Below are positions 8,929 through 17,048 of a DNA stretch of 64,000 nucleotides, piece by piece (the first letter of the stretch is position 1; every line of letters begins with the position of its first letter). Origin of the DNA: an uncultured Candidatus Saccharibacteria bacterium (lineage in GTDB: Bacteria; Patescibacteriota; Saccharimonadia; Saccharimonadales; JAGQNJ01); contig CAZNZL010000001.1 of the NCBI GenBank assembly GCA_964577565.1, forward strand, positions 270,566 through 334,565, in the 5' to 3' direction. A program made the position numbers and the translations under genes. The notes beneath the pieces are model-generated. The model made no database searches. It was given only the letters and a program-made list of their open reading frames with translations, and was not told where the DNA came from.

Positions 8929-8957
8929 ACTATATAATATTTTTAATTACTTTGCAA
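8929..8957 (-). promoter_or_regulatory. sigma70-like promoter of module E3
   Basis: TTGCAA, 17 nt spacer, TATAGT on the minus strand. Confidence 0.5.
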
Positions 8958-9082
8958 TACTCTGCTCTAACAACACATAAGTATTTATGTACTCTATAGA
9001 GAAGAGACAGATGTATGATTATGAAGCGGAAAGAAAGGAGGAGCAAAAAGCTCAAACTCTAACTAACTCTCGACGCATGTCT

Positions 9083-9328
9083 CTAATAGGCCTTCGGAGG
9101 TCCCGCCGATATGCAGCAATGAGCGCAGCACGGCACATGGCGGGACCCCCGGGCGCGGAGCTGGTTTCTGGGTTTGCCAAACCAACTCGGCGAAGGGTGA
9201 CTTCCGAATCCCCGGGGAGAGGGAGGGGGGACCGGAAGTCGCCCGAAATGGCACAACATATGCATATTCGCCTTGCAGCGATTACACACGTTGTGCACGT
9301 AACTGAGAGTAACCCAACGATTTAGCAA
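9083..9328 (-). CDS. doubtful 81-aa Cys-rich ORF inside the E4 cargo (TTG start)
   Basis: Contains CNRCKA, encoded by the same GCTGCAAGG 9-mer as CESCKG in the E3 mini-protein, and a later CAHC. The rest is Pro/Ser/Arg-rich low complexity with no ATG start, so it may be a decayed or non-coding reading frame. Confidence 0.2.
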   Translation of the reverse strand: MLNRWVTLSYVHNVCNRCKANMHMLCHFGRLPVPPPSPRGFGSHPSPSWFGKPRNQLRARGSRHVPCCAHCCISAGPPKAY

Positions 9329-9669
9329 CCATTCCCCAGCTGGTAGCTTGGATTGCTAGGTCACCCTCAGATCTCGTAAGCTCGTCGGAACGTTGGCATT
9401 TCACCAAGTTCAACGCACACCCCCTGGAGCACGTCCAACTATCGCTAGAAGACGATCGAACTTACGTGAAGAGTTTTCATGTGTTTTACCACAAACGCAT
9501 CCTGAGTATGTCTACCAAGAACACTTAACTCTCCAAGCCTATGTCATTAGACAATGACGTTAATTTACTTGTAGCAAATAAACTAGCATCATTGCCTAAC
9601 GAAAACTTGTTTCATACATCTGTCAAAGATCAACTCAGGAATCGTTGCCGACTCAACCGAGTAATAAAT

Positions 9670-9698
9670 AATATACACTTTTAACAAAATAAAGTCAA
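9670..9698 (-). promoter_or_regulatory. sigma70-like promoter of module E4
   Basis: TTGACT, 17 nt spacer, TATATT on the minus strand. Confidence 0.5.
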
Positions 9699-9700
9699 TG

Positions 9701-12253
9701 CTAAATTCTGACTGCGCCGAGATGATCTTTAGCGGCAGCGGCAATTTGATCAAGTAGTTTATTAACTTCTTCAGTTACCAGTGTGCGCTGCGGGTGCGTC
9801 AAGCTAAGGCGCAACGATATGTGTTTGGTGTTGGTGGCTGTATTTTTTTGGTATATATCTAGCGGTGTTACTGTAGTGTTATAACCATGCGCTTTTTGGG
9901 CATCAGATAAAACTGCATCAACCACGGTGCGTAGGCTTGCATAATTGGTATCAACTTTTACTTTAAAACTAATGTCTTGTTGCGTATGCGGAAAGCGCGC
10001 CAGCTGCCGGTACATGTTTTTAGAGCCATAGGCTTCAAGCATTTGTATATCTAACTCAAAACCGGCGGTAAACTCAGGTAGTTTCAAATTCTTTTTAATA
10101 GTTGATTTAATTTCCCCCACTATACCAAGCAGCTTGCCATGCTCTGTTTTAATATAAGCAGTTCTGCCCCGCTCAAATGGCATTAACACCTGTTTGCCGG
10201 TATCAAGTTTTGGATCGTGACTAGTAGACGGCTCAAACACCAAATTATTAAAACCTAAACGCCCCATAAACGCCTCTATATATGCCCGCGCCTGGTAATA
10301 TGGGCTACCGCTATATGCTTTTGCTGCTTTGTTATCGGCCGCAAACACCAAGGCAAGGCGCTCTTCTTCTATGGGCAGGCCGTCTTCATGCGTATTGCTT
10401 TTATCGTGTGTCTTGTTAATTTCATATAGCGCAAACTCGCTGTGCCCAGCTTTTATATTAGGGTGAACTTTTTCGAGTAAACTTGGTAGCAAACTCAACC
10501 GATAATATTGAAGATCAGGGCTCAGCGCATTACTAAGCTGGTAGGCTAACGTTTTGTCTTGCCCAACCGCTTCAAGCAAGCGCTCATGCACAAAACTATA
10601 GGTTAAAACCTCGTTTGCACCGGCTGCGCTTAAAATTTGCCTAATTTTTTGCTTTATTTGCAGCAACCGGTTAGCTGTAGCGGGCTTAATGTTGCGACTT
10701 GGCAGCTCAACCGGCAAATTATCGTAGCCGTGCAACCGGCCGACTTCTTCAACCACGTCTTCGGCAATTTGAATATCAGTCCGCCAAAACGGTGATAAAA
10801 CCGTCAGCGCATTCTTTTTGCCCACATCAACACCAAATTCGACATTAGTAAGCAGCTTTTTAATGTGCGCCTCGGTTACGTTACTGCCCAGGCGCTCGTT
10901 AATAAACGCCGGCGTAATATCAACCTCTCGGTCATTCCAGCTGTCGTCCGCCACGTTAATGTCGTCACAATCAACAAAATCATGAACCTCACCTGCAACA
11001 TGACCACGTGCCAGTTTTTGCACCCAGGCAATCGCATACGCTAATACGCGCTTGTTTTGCAATGGGCTTTGGCCTTTATTAAAACGGGTTACGGCATCGG
11101 TAAATAAGCCATGTGCCATACTGGTGCGCCGAATAGAGTACATATCAAACGTCGCACATTCTAAAACGATGTTTTTAGTATTAAAATCAACCTCGGTCTC
11201 ACGGCCACCCATAACACCACCCACACCAATCAATTTTTTGGCGCTGGCTATCATAATTGCATCATGGTGCGGAGCTATTTCTTTGTCGTTTAGTAGGGTA
11301 AGTTTTTCATTTTTTTTGGGCTTTCTAACGACGATTGTGGCATGCGTAGCATTATCAAGCGAGACAAGTTTGTCGTAATCATAGGCATGCATCGGTTGCG
11401 CGGTCAGTGTCATGACAAAATTAGTAATATCAACAATGTTATTAATTGGCTTAATGCCAACTCGTGATAAAAAGCTTTGAATCATCACCGGCGACTTACT
11501 AACAGTCACACCACTCATTGGCACAGCCATAAAACGTGGCACCAGGTCTGCTAACTCGTTTTTTACCTCTAGTAAGAGCTTTTTGTCAGCGGTGATTTTA
11601 AAAGCATCGAGTGACTCTAAATACCATTCGGGCGATTTAAATTTGTGGTTTTGAATTCCGGCTATCTCGCGAGCAACACCTAATTGACCAAAACAATCAG
11701 GGCGATGGGTAAACATCTTGTTTTCAATATCAATAATGTAATCGTCTAGTTTGTAAACATCCTTAAACAACTCGCCTGGGTCAGCTGGCTTGTCTAATAT
11801 TAAAATGCCCTCGTGGTCATCATTAATGGCCAGCTCTTTGCCGCTTGCCAGCATGCCATTGCTGGTTACGCCGCGTAACTCTCGCGCTTCAAGCGTAAAC
11901 TGTTCGATATCAAACGTACTTGGCACAACCGCGCCAGGCGGGATCCACGCCACAGTAATGCCTTTGCGCACATTTGGCGCGCCGCAAACAACCTGCACAT
12001 AGCCGTTTTCATCACGCGCTACGTTTTTTACTTTCTTGCCATCATCAATTTTGCAAACACTCAGTTTGTCGGCATTAGGGTGTTTCTCGCAACTCACCAC
12101 CTTGGCAACCACAATTCCTTCGTAACGTTCGCCAAGATTTACAACTTCTTCAACCTCGCCAAGCTGGGCGCCAATTTTAGCCACCAACTCATCAACGCTT
12201 AGCTTAACGTCAGTAAATTCTTTAATCCAATTCAAACTAATCTTCATTTTCAA
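9701..12253 (-). CDS. pheT: phenylalanine--tRNA ligase beta subunit
   Basis: 850 aa with the N-terminal tRNA-binding domain, B3/4, B5 and C-terminal anticodon-binding-like domains. Typical MKISLNWIKEF start. Confidence 0.95.
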   Translation of the reverse strand: MKMKISLNWIKEFTDVKLSVDELVAKIGAQLGEVEEVVNLGERYEGIVVAKVVSCEKHPNADKLSVCKIDDGKKVKNVARDENGYVQVVCGAPNVRKGITVAWIPPGAVVPSTFDIEQFTLEARELRGVTSNGMLASGKELAINDDHEGILILDKPADPGELFKDVYKLDDYIIDIENKMFTHRPDCFGQLGVAREIAGIQNHKFKSPEWYLESLDAFKITADKKLLLEVKNELADLVPRFMAVPMSGVTVSKSPVMIQSFLSRVGIKPINNIVDITNFVMTLTAQPMHAYDYDKLVSLDNATHATIVVRKPKKNEKLTLLNDKEIAPHHDAIMIASAKKLIGVGGVMGGRETEVDFNTKNIVLECATFDMYSIRRTSMAHGLFTDAVTRFNKGQSPLQNKRVLAYAIAWVQKLARGHVAGEVHDFVDCDDINVADDSWNDREVDITPAFINERLGSNVTEAHIKKLLTNVEFGVDVGKKNALTVLSPFWRTDIQIAEDVVEEVGRLHGYDNLPVELPSRNIKPATANRLLQIKQKIRQILSAAGANEVLTYSFVHERLLEAVGQDKTLAYQLSNALSPDLQYYRLSLLPSLLEKVHPNIKAGHSEFALYEINKTHDKSNTHEDGLPIEEERLALVFAADNKAAKAYSGSPYYQARAYIEAFMGRLGFNNLVFEPSTSHDPKLDTGKQVLMPFERGRTAYIKTEHGKLLGIVGEIKSTIKKNLKLPEFTAGFELDIQMLEAYGSKNMYRQLARFPHTQQDISFKVKVDTNYASLRTVVDAVLSDAQKAHGYNTTVTPLDIYQKNTATNTKHISLRLSLTHPQRTLVTEEVNKLLDQIAAAAKDHLGAVRI

Positions 12254-12626
12254 TAACCTTCTTCAGCTTCTCTAAAACTTGCTGTGATACAGTGTCATCG
12301 AGTTCACCACTTTCTACCCATTCATAATACTCAAACTCAGTTTTATCATCACCTACCGGATAAAATGTATAACGAACATGATAATCACTATTCTGTCTGG
12401 CTAGGGTAAAAGTTTTGTTTTTTTCAAACTCAACAAGTACGTACTCGTTCCACGTTCCGTTACTATCTTTATTCTTGTAAATCGTACCCTTTTTACTTGG
12501 CCATTCGCTGGTAACTTCTTCGGCTATTCCGTCAATCCATTTTGGAGTATTTTTTGGGTCAAGTGTAAAATCAAACACCTCCTTAATGGGCCGATTAATT
12601 TCTATAGTAAGCCTCTTACCTTTCAT
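12237..12626 (-). CDS. SRPBCC-superfamily (polyketide cyclase/START-like) protein
   Basis: 129 aa with an IEINRPIKEVFDF...W pattern typical of SRPBCC. Overlaps the pheT start. Confidence 0.55.
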   Translation of the reverse strand: MKGKRLTIEINRPIKEVFDFTLDPKNTPKWIDGIAEEVTSEWPSKKGTIYKNKDSNGTWNEYVLVEFEKNKTFTLARQNSDYHVRYTFYPVGDDKTEFEYYEWVESGELDDTVSQQVLEKLKKVIENED

Positions 12627-13261
12627 TTCAGCAGCTCCTCGATTTTTGGCTTGATGATCTGATACATTAGCTCATGTCCTTCTTCATTTGGATGCAAACC
12701 GTCAGGCAGCAAATCCCCTCCGCTGACTAACTGCTTTTTAAATTCATCAAAAACCGGAATAAATGGAATTCCTAATTCACTCGCTACATTAGCCATAGCT
12801 TGTTCGTATGCTTTAATGTCATCGTTTCTATAATAAAACTCACCCCAAGATACAGGATTTGTACGTGCATCATCGCAAGCAGAAAATCCAACAAATATAA
12901 GCTGTGAGGTGCGGTCTTTTAGAGCCTGTGCGATAGACTTTAGGTTATTTTTGTAATCTTCAATTGATACGTTGTTGTTTTTAGGCATCCGGGCAGAGTC
13001 ATTAATCCCAATCTGAACGACAACAGTCGGTTGCATTGGGTGGTGCGGCCTCGTACGCACATCAACTTCATTAACAATTCTGGCAAGTATATCTGATGAT
13101 GTATCAGCTGATATTCCGAGATTAAATATTGTGGGCTCGTCGTTGTTTTTAAGATCTTGATATTGTTTACTGTCAAAAAACATGCGCAACCTATCAACCC
13201 AACCATGTTCGACTGCCCAGTACCCCTGTGTAATACTGTCACCAAATATCAAAACTCTCAT
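12623..13261 (-). CDS. SGNH/GDSL hydrolase
   Basis: Block I FGDSITQG, block III GINDS, block V DGLHPN. Confidence 0.85.
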   Translation of the reverse strand: MRVLIFGDSITQGYWAVEHGWVDRLRMFFDSKQYQDLKNNDEPTIFNLGISADTSSDILARIVNEVDVRTRPHHPMQPTVVVQIGINDSARMPKNNNVSIEDYKNNLKSIAQALKDRTSQLIFVGFSACDDARTNPVSWGEFYYRNDDIKAYEQAMANVASELGIPFIPVFDEFKKQLVSGGDLLPDGLHPNEEGHELMYQIIKPKIEELLK

Positions 13262-13569
13262 TTAGAATCCCCTTTACCAAGAATCCTTGTTTCGAGTTCG
13301 TTCATAGCTGCCATAAATGATTCGCTTGGATCTTTACCGATTGACTTGTACAACATTAAAACTGACCACATGATATCGTTGATTTCATGCTCAGTTCGCC
13401 TATCTACATCTTCTTTATGCCTAAGACCCTCCTTTGCCATAACAAGCTTCATTAAATCACCTACATCGCCGACCAAGCCCTCAGCGTACTCACGCAGACC
13501 CCAGCCACCATTAGGTCGATATAGGCTATCGATAGTATCGGCGCGTTGTTGCATGTCTTGAAGACTCAT
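13258..13569 (-). CDS. MazG-like nucleotide pyrophosphohydrolase domain protein
   Basis: 103 aa. The EYAEGLVGDVGDLMKLV...EHEINDIMWSVLMLY pattern resembles small MazG/NTP-PPase proteins. Confidence 0.65.
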   Translation of the reverse strand: MSLQDMQQRADTIDSLYRPNGGWGLREYAEGLVGDVGDLMKLVMAKEGLRHKEDVDRRTEHEINDIMWSVLMLYKSIGKDPSESFMAAMNELETRILGKGDSK

Positions 13570-13841
13570 TTAATCTCCTCTAGAAGTGAAATTACTTGAT
13601 ATCCATATTTCTCAATTTCTTGCTGCCGCCAAAATTCTAGGTCTTTTGTTTTCACCACTGAGCCGACTCTCTTTGTTATTGAGCGGCCGGTTAAATTGCC
13701 ATTTTCATCTACCTCGTTCAGAACAAGCGCGTCTCCTGGTTCACAATCCCAATCAGCTAATCGTAATTCAAACGTCTTTTCACCTGACTGAACTTTTTCA
13801 AAATACTTTGTGAGAATTTTCTTTTCTATAACCTTGCTCAT
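13566..13841 (-). CDS. ASCH / DUF3850-like small protein
   Basis: 91 aa. FEKVQSGEKTFELRLADWDCEPGD resembles the ASCH-fold DUF3850 N-terminus. Confidence 0.55.
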   Translation of the reverse strand: MSKVIEKKILTKYFEKVQSGEKTFELRLADWDCEPGDALVLNEVDENGNLTGRSITKRVGSVVKTKDLEFWRQQEIEKYGYQVISLLEEIK

Positions 13842-14251
13842 GCGAACTCCCGTGTTTCAAAGATAGGGTTTTCTGCAGTATAGTCAGTAAATCTAAGCCA
13901 GACGGGCGTAATCTCAAAATAGGTTTGACCTTCTTGAGCTTTAAACTTCATCGCTCCTGGTACCTTCGTAAAATGTGTATCAAGACGATCTTTAGTTGGG
14001 CTAACTTCTTGTGCGGTACCTTCAAGTTGAACTGTTTTAGCACCCTCAAAGCCAACCACTAAAGCAATATTTGGGCGGTCAATCATATTCTGGTATTTAC
14101 GTGAGTTTTTGTTCGTCCCTATCAAAATCACAAACTGATCATTGTGAGAGAACCCAACAGTTGCGGCTTGCGGCGTTCCAACTGAATTAACTGTAGCTAA
14201 AACACAAGTCTGATGCTGATTCAAAAATTCACTTGCCCGCCGTAAACTCAT
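13838..14251 (-). CDS. pyridoxamine 5'-phosphate oxidase-family FMN-binding protein
   Basis: Split-barrel pattern (CVLATVNSVGTPQAATVGF...IALVVGF). Confidence 0.65.
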   Translation of the reverse strand: MSLRRASEFLNQHQTCVLATVNSVGTPQAATVGFSHNDQFVILIGTNKNSRKYQNMIDRPNIALVVGFEGAKTVQLEGTAQEVSPTKDRLDTHFTKVPGAMKFKAQEGQTYFEITPVWLRFTDYTAENPIFETREFA

Positions 14252-14736
14252 TTCTTACCCCATGTAAGTTCATGCTTTTGGTTTTTTTCGAGCCCAAATT
14301 TACCAAAAATGGCCCACTTAGTAGGAGTTACTTTGTACATTCCCTTATTATCTTTGTCTTTTAGCATCTCTATTAACTCTTCGTTGTCTCGACTGAGTCG
14401 ATTGCAATATAAATCAATCTGTTCTTGGGTGGGATCTTCAAGCTTAACTGCTTCACCTTCAAAATATATACCGTTTGGTGCTTCTTCTAAGGAATGTTGT
14501 TTTACTATATTGCCAGCAACGTGTGGGTTGTCAGCTATCTCTTGGCAGTGTCGTGTTGAGTGTAAAGAAACGAAGTATAGGTTCAAGTCATCGTCATAAC
14601 CAAAGTGAACTTCGCACACCCAGGGTTTATTATCTCGCACAGTCGCCAACGACATATGAACCGTTTTATCAATATACTCTCTAATAATTTGCTCTACGTC
14701 TATATTCATTTGATTCCCCCTTGCATTTTCTTCCAC
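14248..14736 (-). CDS. pyridoxamine 5'-phosphate oxidase-family protein (second copy)
   Basis: VHMSLATVRDNKPWVCEVHFGYDDDLNLYFVS is a typical PNPOx-like N-terminus. Confidence 0.65.
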   Translation of the reverse strand: MEENARGNQMNIDVEQIIREYIDKTVHMSLATVRDNKPWVCEVHFGYDDDLNLYFVSLHSTRHCQEIADNPHVAGNIVKQHSLEEAPNGIYFEGEAVKLEDPTQEQIDLYCNRLSRDNEELIEMLKDKDNKGMYKVTPTKWAIFGKFGLEKNQKHELTWGKK

Positions 14737-15140
14737 ACATCATATTTTTTTAGCCATAATTTCATGTCTTTATCTTCATATTCTTTAATAGCCTTTGAGC
14801 ACTTTTCTAGCTCTTTACTAATAGAATCTTCAAGCCGATCCATAACCACTAATACTTCGGGGTCTAGCTCGATCATGCCTTGCTTGCCGGCAAATCTATA
14901 CATTGTGCGTGCACCAAGCAGACTCTTGTTTGCATATACCCAATCAAACTCGGCTGCTTGCTGTCTTACCCCTGCACCTACCGCCTGTCCCACATAAAAT
15001 ATAAAGTCATTCATTGAATTCTGTAGTTTTCTGGCTGTAGTTAACTTTTCATCATAGGAAAATTGATCTAATAAATCATAGATTTGTTCGGCAAGCTTGT
15101 TCGCTTCAACCCAAATTTTATTTTTATCTAATTTACTCAT
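14706..15140 (-). CDS. four-helix-bundle protein (23S rRNA intervening-sequence-protein-like)
   Basis: 144 aa, helical. W..A..LAEQIYDLLDQF...ARKLQNS resembles that family. Weak call. Confidence 0.4.
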   Translation of the reverse strand: MSKLDKNKIWVEANKLAEQIYDLLDQFSYDEKLTTARKLQNSMNDFIFYVGQAVGAGVRQQAAEFDWVYANKSLLGARTMYRFAGKQGMIELDPEVLVVMDRLEDSISKELEKCSKAIKEYEDKDMKLWLKKYDVWKKMQGGIK

Positions 15141-16123
15141 TTGAATTGCCTCAAAAAGTCTAATTTACCTGATTCAAAGTGCCGCACGTCTTCGATGCCA
15201 TATTTCATCATCACTAACCGATCAATACCAAAGCCCCACGCAAAGCCAGTATATTCTGCCGGGTCAATGCCGCCCATTTTTAGTACATTGGGGTGAATCA
15301 TGCCGCAACCAAGCAATTCTATCCAATCACGACCTGGCCGTTTTATCGCATATTCAAAGCTCGGCTCAGTGAACGGAAAGTAAAATGGCTGGGTGCGAAC
15401 CTGCAATTCTTCTTGAAAATACTCTTCTAAAAACGTCTTTAATGTTGCTATTAAATGGCCGGTATTAATGCCTTTGTCAACATAGATGCCTTCTAATTGA
15501 TAAAACGTGTGCTCGTGCGTGGCGTCAACGTCTTCGTTTCTAAACACGCGGCCAGGTATCACCATCTGGATAGGAGGCTTGCGGCTACGCAACACCCGGT
15601 TCTGCATAGTGCTAGTGTGGGCCGGTGCAATTAAACCCTCGGTGGTCATGAAGGTGTCGTAATCATCACGTGCCGGATGGCCCTCAGGAAAGTTCAAAGC
15701 CTCAAACATGTGATAGTCATCGTCTAACTGGCGTGACTCAACCGCTTCAAAACCCATACGAGCAAAAATATCGAGCACCGTCTCAATCTCTTTCATGAGT
15801 GGGTGGGTGCTGCCGTGATTGCTCGCCAGCAACCGCGGTTTTTTATCTTCAGGGGTGTTTATGTCAAACGGTGCAGTTACATCAATTGGTTCTAGGGCTT
15901 CAGCTTCAGATTGGTGCGCCTTAACTTGTTTTTCTAAGTAAGCTTTTAACTGGTTAATTTCTTTACCAAAGCTGGCTCGATCTTTTGGGTCTAACAGCGG
16001 TATCTCTGCATACAGCGCCCTAAGTTCAGGGGCACGCAATATAGATGCTTTGTCATCAAGCTCTGCAAGGCGTTTTTCCAGCTTGCCGGCAACAACCGCA
16101 ATTTTCTTATTTTGATACGTCAT
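15137..16123 (-). CDS. pheS: phenylalanine--tRNA ligase alpha subunit
   Basis: Class II motifs: HPARD, FRNE (motif 2 region), GFAWGFGIDRL (motif 3). Confidence 0.95.
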   Translation of the reverse strand: MTYQNKKIAVVAGKLEKRLAELDDKASILRAPELRALYAEIPLLDPKDRASFGKEINQLKAYLEKQVKAHQSEAEALEPIDVTAPFDINTPEDKKPRLLASNHGSTHPLMKEIETVLDIFARMGFEAVESRQLDDDYHMFEALNFPEGHPARDDYDTFMTTEGLIAPAHTSTMQNRVLRSRKPPIQMVIPGRVFRNEDVDATHEHTFYQLEGIYVDKGINTGHLIATLKTFLEEYFQEELQVRTQPFYFPFTEPSFEYAIKRPGRDWIELLGCGMIHPNVLKMGGIDPAEYTGFAWGFGIDRLVMMKYGIEDVRHFESGKLDFLRQFK

Positions 16124-16178
16124 TGTTGCATATTATACCATTGTTGCCCCTGAAATTAAGACGTATAATGAAGCCACT

Positions 16179-16550
16179 ATGGCAAGCGTCACAACGGAAG
16201 AAATTATGGAAACGTTGAAAGATTTGATGCAAATGACATCAGACGGTTTCTTGCGCCTAGAGAACAGGATGGATAGTCTCGAGGGTCAAATGAGCGAACT
16301 GCAAGAAACTGTTTCTACTCACTCAATTGAATTGAAGCGCATTAATGACCGTCTTGAATCTCTTGAAGAGAAGTTGGATATGCACAACAATGATATTAAA
16401 GACATCCTGATCATACTTGATAAACTAACAAAAAAAGTTGATCTTAGTGAAGAAGAGCGTAAGCTTGCAGCAGCAACCCTACAGCATCTTCTTGAATGGG
16501 CACATGCCGTGGCAAAGAAGATTAATGTTCCGCTAAAACCGGTATCATAA
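16179..16550 (+). CDS. coiled-coil hypothetical protein
   Basis: 123-aa ORF with heptad-like Leu/Glu repeats. No recognised family. Confidence 0.45.
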   Translation: MASVTTEEIMETLKDLMQMTSDGFLRLENRMDSLEGQMSELQETVSTHSIELKRINDRLESLEEKLDMHNNDIKDILIILDKLTKKVDLSEEERKLAAATLQHLLEWAHAVAKKINVPLKPVS

Positions 16551-17048
16551 ATGGCGCAGTTTAGTTTTGATGTAGTAAGCGAATACGACAAGGCAGAGAT
16601 GAATAACGTCTTTGACCAAACGCAGCGCGAAATTACTAATCGGTACGATTTTAAAGGAACTCCAGCTGCCGTCGAATGGCTAAACGATGCTAAAACCGGC
16701 TTTAAGATATCTGGCAATAGCGATTACCAAATTGATGCCATTCTAGATATTATTCGTAAAAAACTGGCCGCACGTAATCAAGATCAAAAAGTTTTAGACG
16801 TATCAAAAGAGCCGAACACAAGTAACCTTAAAACTTCAAAAGAGGTTCCATTCTTACAAGGGCTCGATAAAGACAAAGCCAAAAAGATCACCACCCTCCT
16901 GCGCGACAAATTACCAAAGCTTAAAACGCAGATTCAGGGTGAGGTCGTTCGCCTAACCAGCAATAGCAAAGATGACCTCCAAGCAGCGATGCAGCTACTA
17001 CGTGCAGCTGACTTTGACTTTCCGCTTAACTTTACTAACTTTCGTTAA
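16551..17048 (+). CDS. yajQ: YajQ-family nucleotide-binding protein (UPF0234)
   Basis: SFDVVSEYDKAEMNNVFDQTQREITNRYDFKG is the characteristic YajQ N-terminus. Confidence 0.85.
   Translation: MAQFSFDVVSEYDKAEMNNVFDQTQREITNRYDFKGTPAAVEWLNDAKTGFKISGNSDYQIDAILDIIRKKLAARNQDQKVLDVSKEPNTSNLKTSKEVPFLQGLDKDKAKKITTLLRDKLPKLKTQIQGEVVRLTSNSKDDLQAAMQLLRAADFDFPLNFTNFR

Larger units (their letters stand above)
8567..8957 (-). other. cassette-like module E3: promoter, UUGAGY leader hairpin and 14-bp bracket stem around a GC-rich cargo
   Basis: Read on the minus strand:
- Promoter: TTGCAA (8952-8957), 17 nt spacer, TATAGT (8929-8934).
- Leader hairpin: TATGG-TTGAGC-...-CCATA.
- Bracket stem: TGACAAGTGTAGAT at 8876-8889 pairs perfectly with 8567-8580.
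Same architecture as 9006-9698, 21185-22079 and 22096-22999. Confidence 0.6.
9006..9698 (-). other. cassette-like module E4: promoter, UUGAGY leader and 13-bp bracket stem around a 600-nt segment with a GC-rich, highly paired core
   Basis: Read on the minus strand:
- Promoter: TTGACT (9693-9698), 17 nt spacer, TATATT (9670-9675). It starts 2 nt after the pheT stop.
- Leader: ACTCGG-TTGAGT-...-CCTGAGT.
- Bracket stem: GACAGATGTATGA at 9612-9624 pairs with 9006-9018.
The interior contains many perfect 7-12 bp stems. Confidence 0.55.

Noticed and set aside
8625-9328. Supplied ORFs 8625..8831(+), 8638..8937(+), 8987..9325(+) and 9063..9254(-).
   Set aside because: Their translations are Arg/Pro/Ser-rich low complexity without starts backed by an RBS. 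They are typical spurious frames in G+C-rich structured DNA.
8567-9700. I initially read the 1.1-kb G+C-rich ORF-poor gap as a housekeeping RNA: RNase P RNA, tmRNA, SRP/4.5S RNA, or a cobalamin or other riboswitch upstream of the ABC exporter.
   Set aside because: - RNase P: a few short resemblances exist (CAGGTAAGGGGGTGA vs RNase P CAGGUAAGGGUGAAAGGGUG), but the diagnostic blocks GAGGAAAGUCCGGGC and ACAGAACCCGGCUUA are absent on both strands.
- tmRNA: there is no T-arm/CCA end and no tag reading frame.
- SRP RNA: there is no GGAA-tetraloop domain IV motif.
- Cobalamin riboswitch: CCCCCGCAACTG resembles part of the B12 consensus, but there is no B12 box.

The interval is better explained as two cassette-like modules. 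A cmscan run is still needed.
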